Of a stretch of DNA of 64,000 nucleotides, positions 63,999 through 64,000 are shown piece after piece. The notes beneath the pieces are model-generated. The model had not been told where the DNA came from, did no database searches, and saw nothing but the letters and a program-made list of their open reading frames with translations. A program made the position numbers and the translations under genes. The stretch's first letter is position 1. The number at the start of each line of letters is the position of its first letter. The stretch spans positions 672,001 through 736,000 of the forward strand of contig OY820905.2 of NCBI GenBank assembly GCA_963555755.3. The letters run 5' to 3'. This stretch comes from Nitrospirales bacterium. GTDB lineage: Bacteria > Nitrospirota > Nitrospiria > Nitrospirales > UBA8639.

Positions 63999-64000
63999 CG

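Overview
Bacterial chromosomal window. Gene content and repeat style suggest a Nitrospirales-like organism (inference, not verified). Left flank (1-9.5 kb) is housekeeping: truA, cupredoxin, gdhA, class I aldolase, cysE-ispF-ispD-PIN/TRAM, fbp, DUF3108-like. Right flank (36.4-64 kb) is mostly envelope genes: pmm, manC, kdsC, two tandem B12-type radical SAM paralogs, lptFG, fabF-acp-lpxD, yacG, a TMTC-like glycosyltransferase and a glycosylation cluster. Between them is a ~27 kb degenerate polymorphic-toxin island with five Rhs C-terminal toxin/immunity cassettes from two Rhs lineages, 2-3 toxin-antitoxin pairs, a Fn3/Ig-repeat surface protein, IS3/IS4/IS6/IS1380 elements, and primase/XRE/dif-like remnants. 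Two signals stand out. (1) About 11 module junctions fall at a TGACC(C)-ending motif family that also forms the terminal inverted repeats of a RAYT-type HUH transposase gene, suggesting HUH-driven cassette shuffling. (2) Three Rhs proteins with unrelated toxin domains all end in the same ~22-aa tail (GGFxxYPNKPNxNxLQxVYxK), conserved at protein level. At least five MITE families with visible TIRs occur in the intergenic regions.
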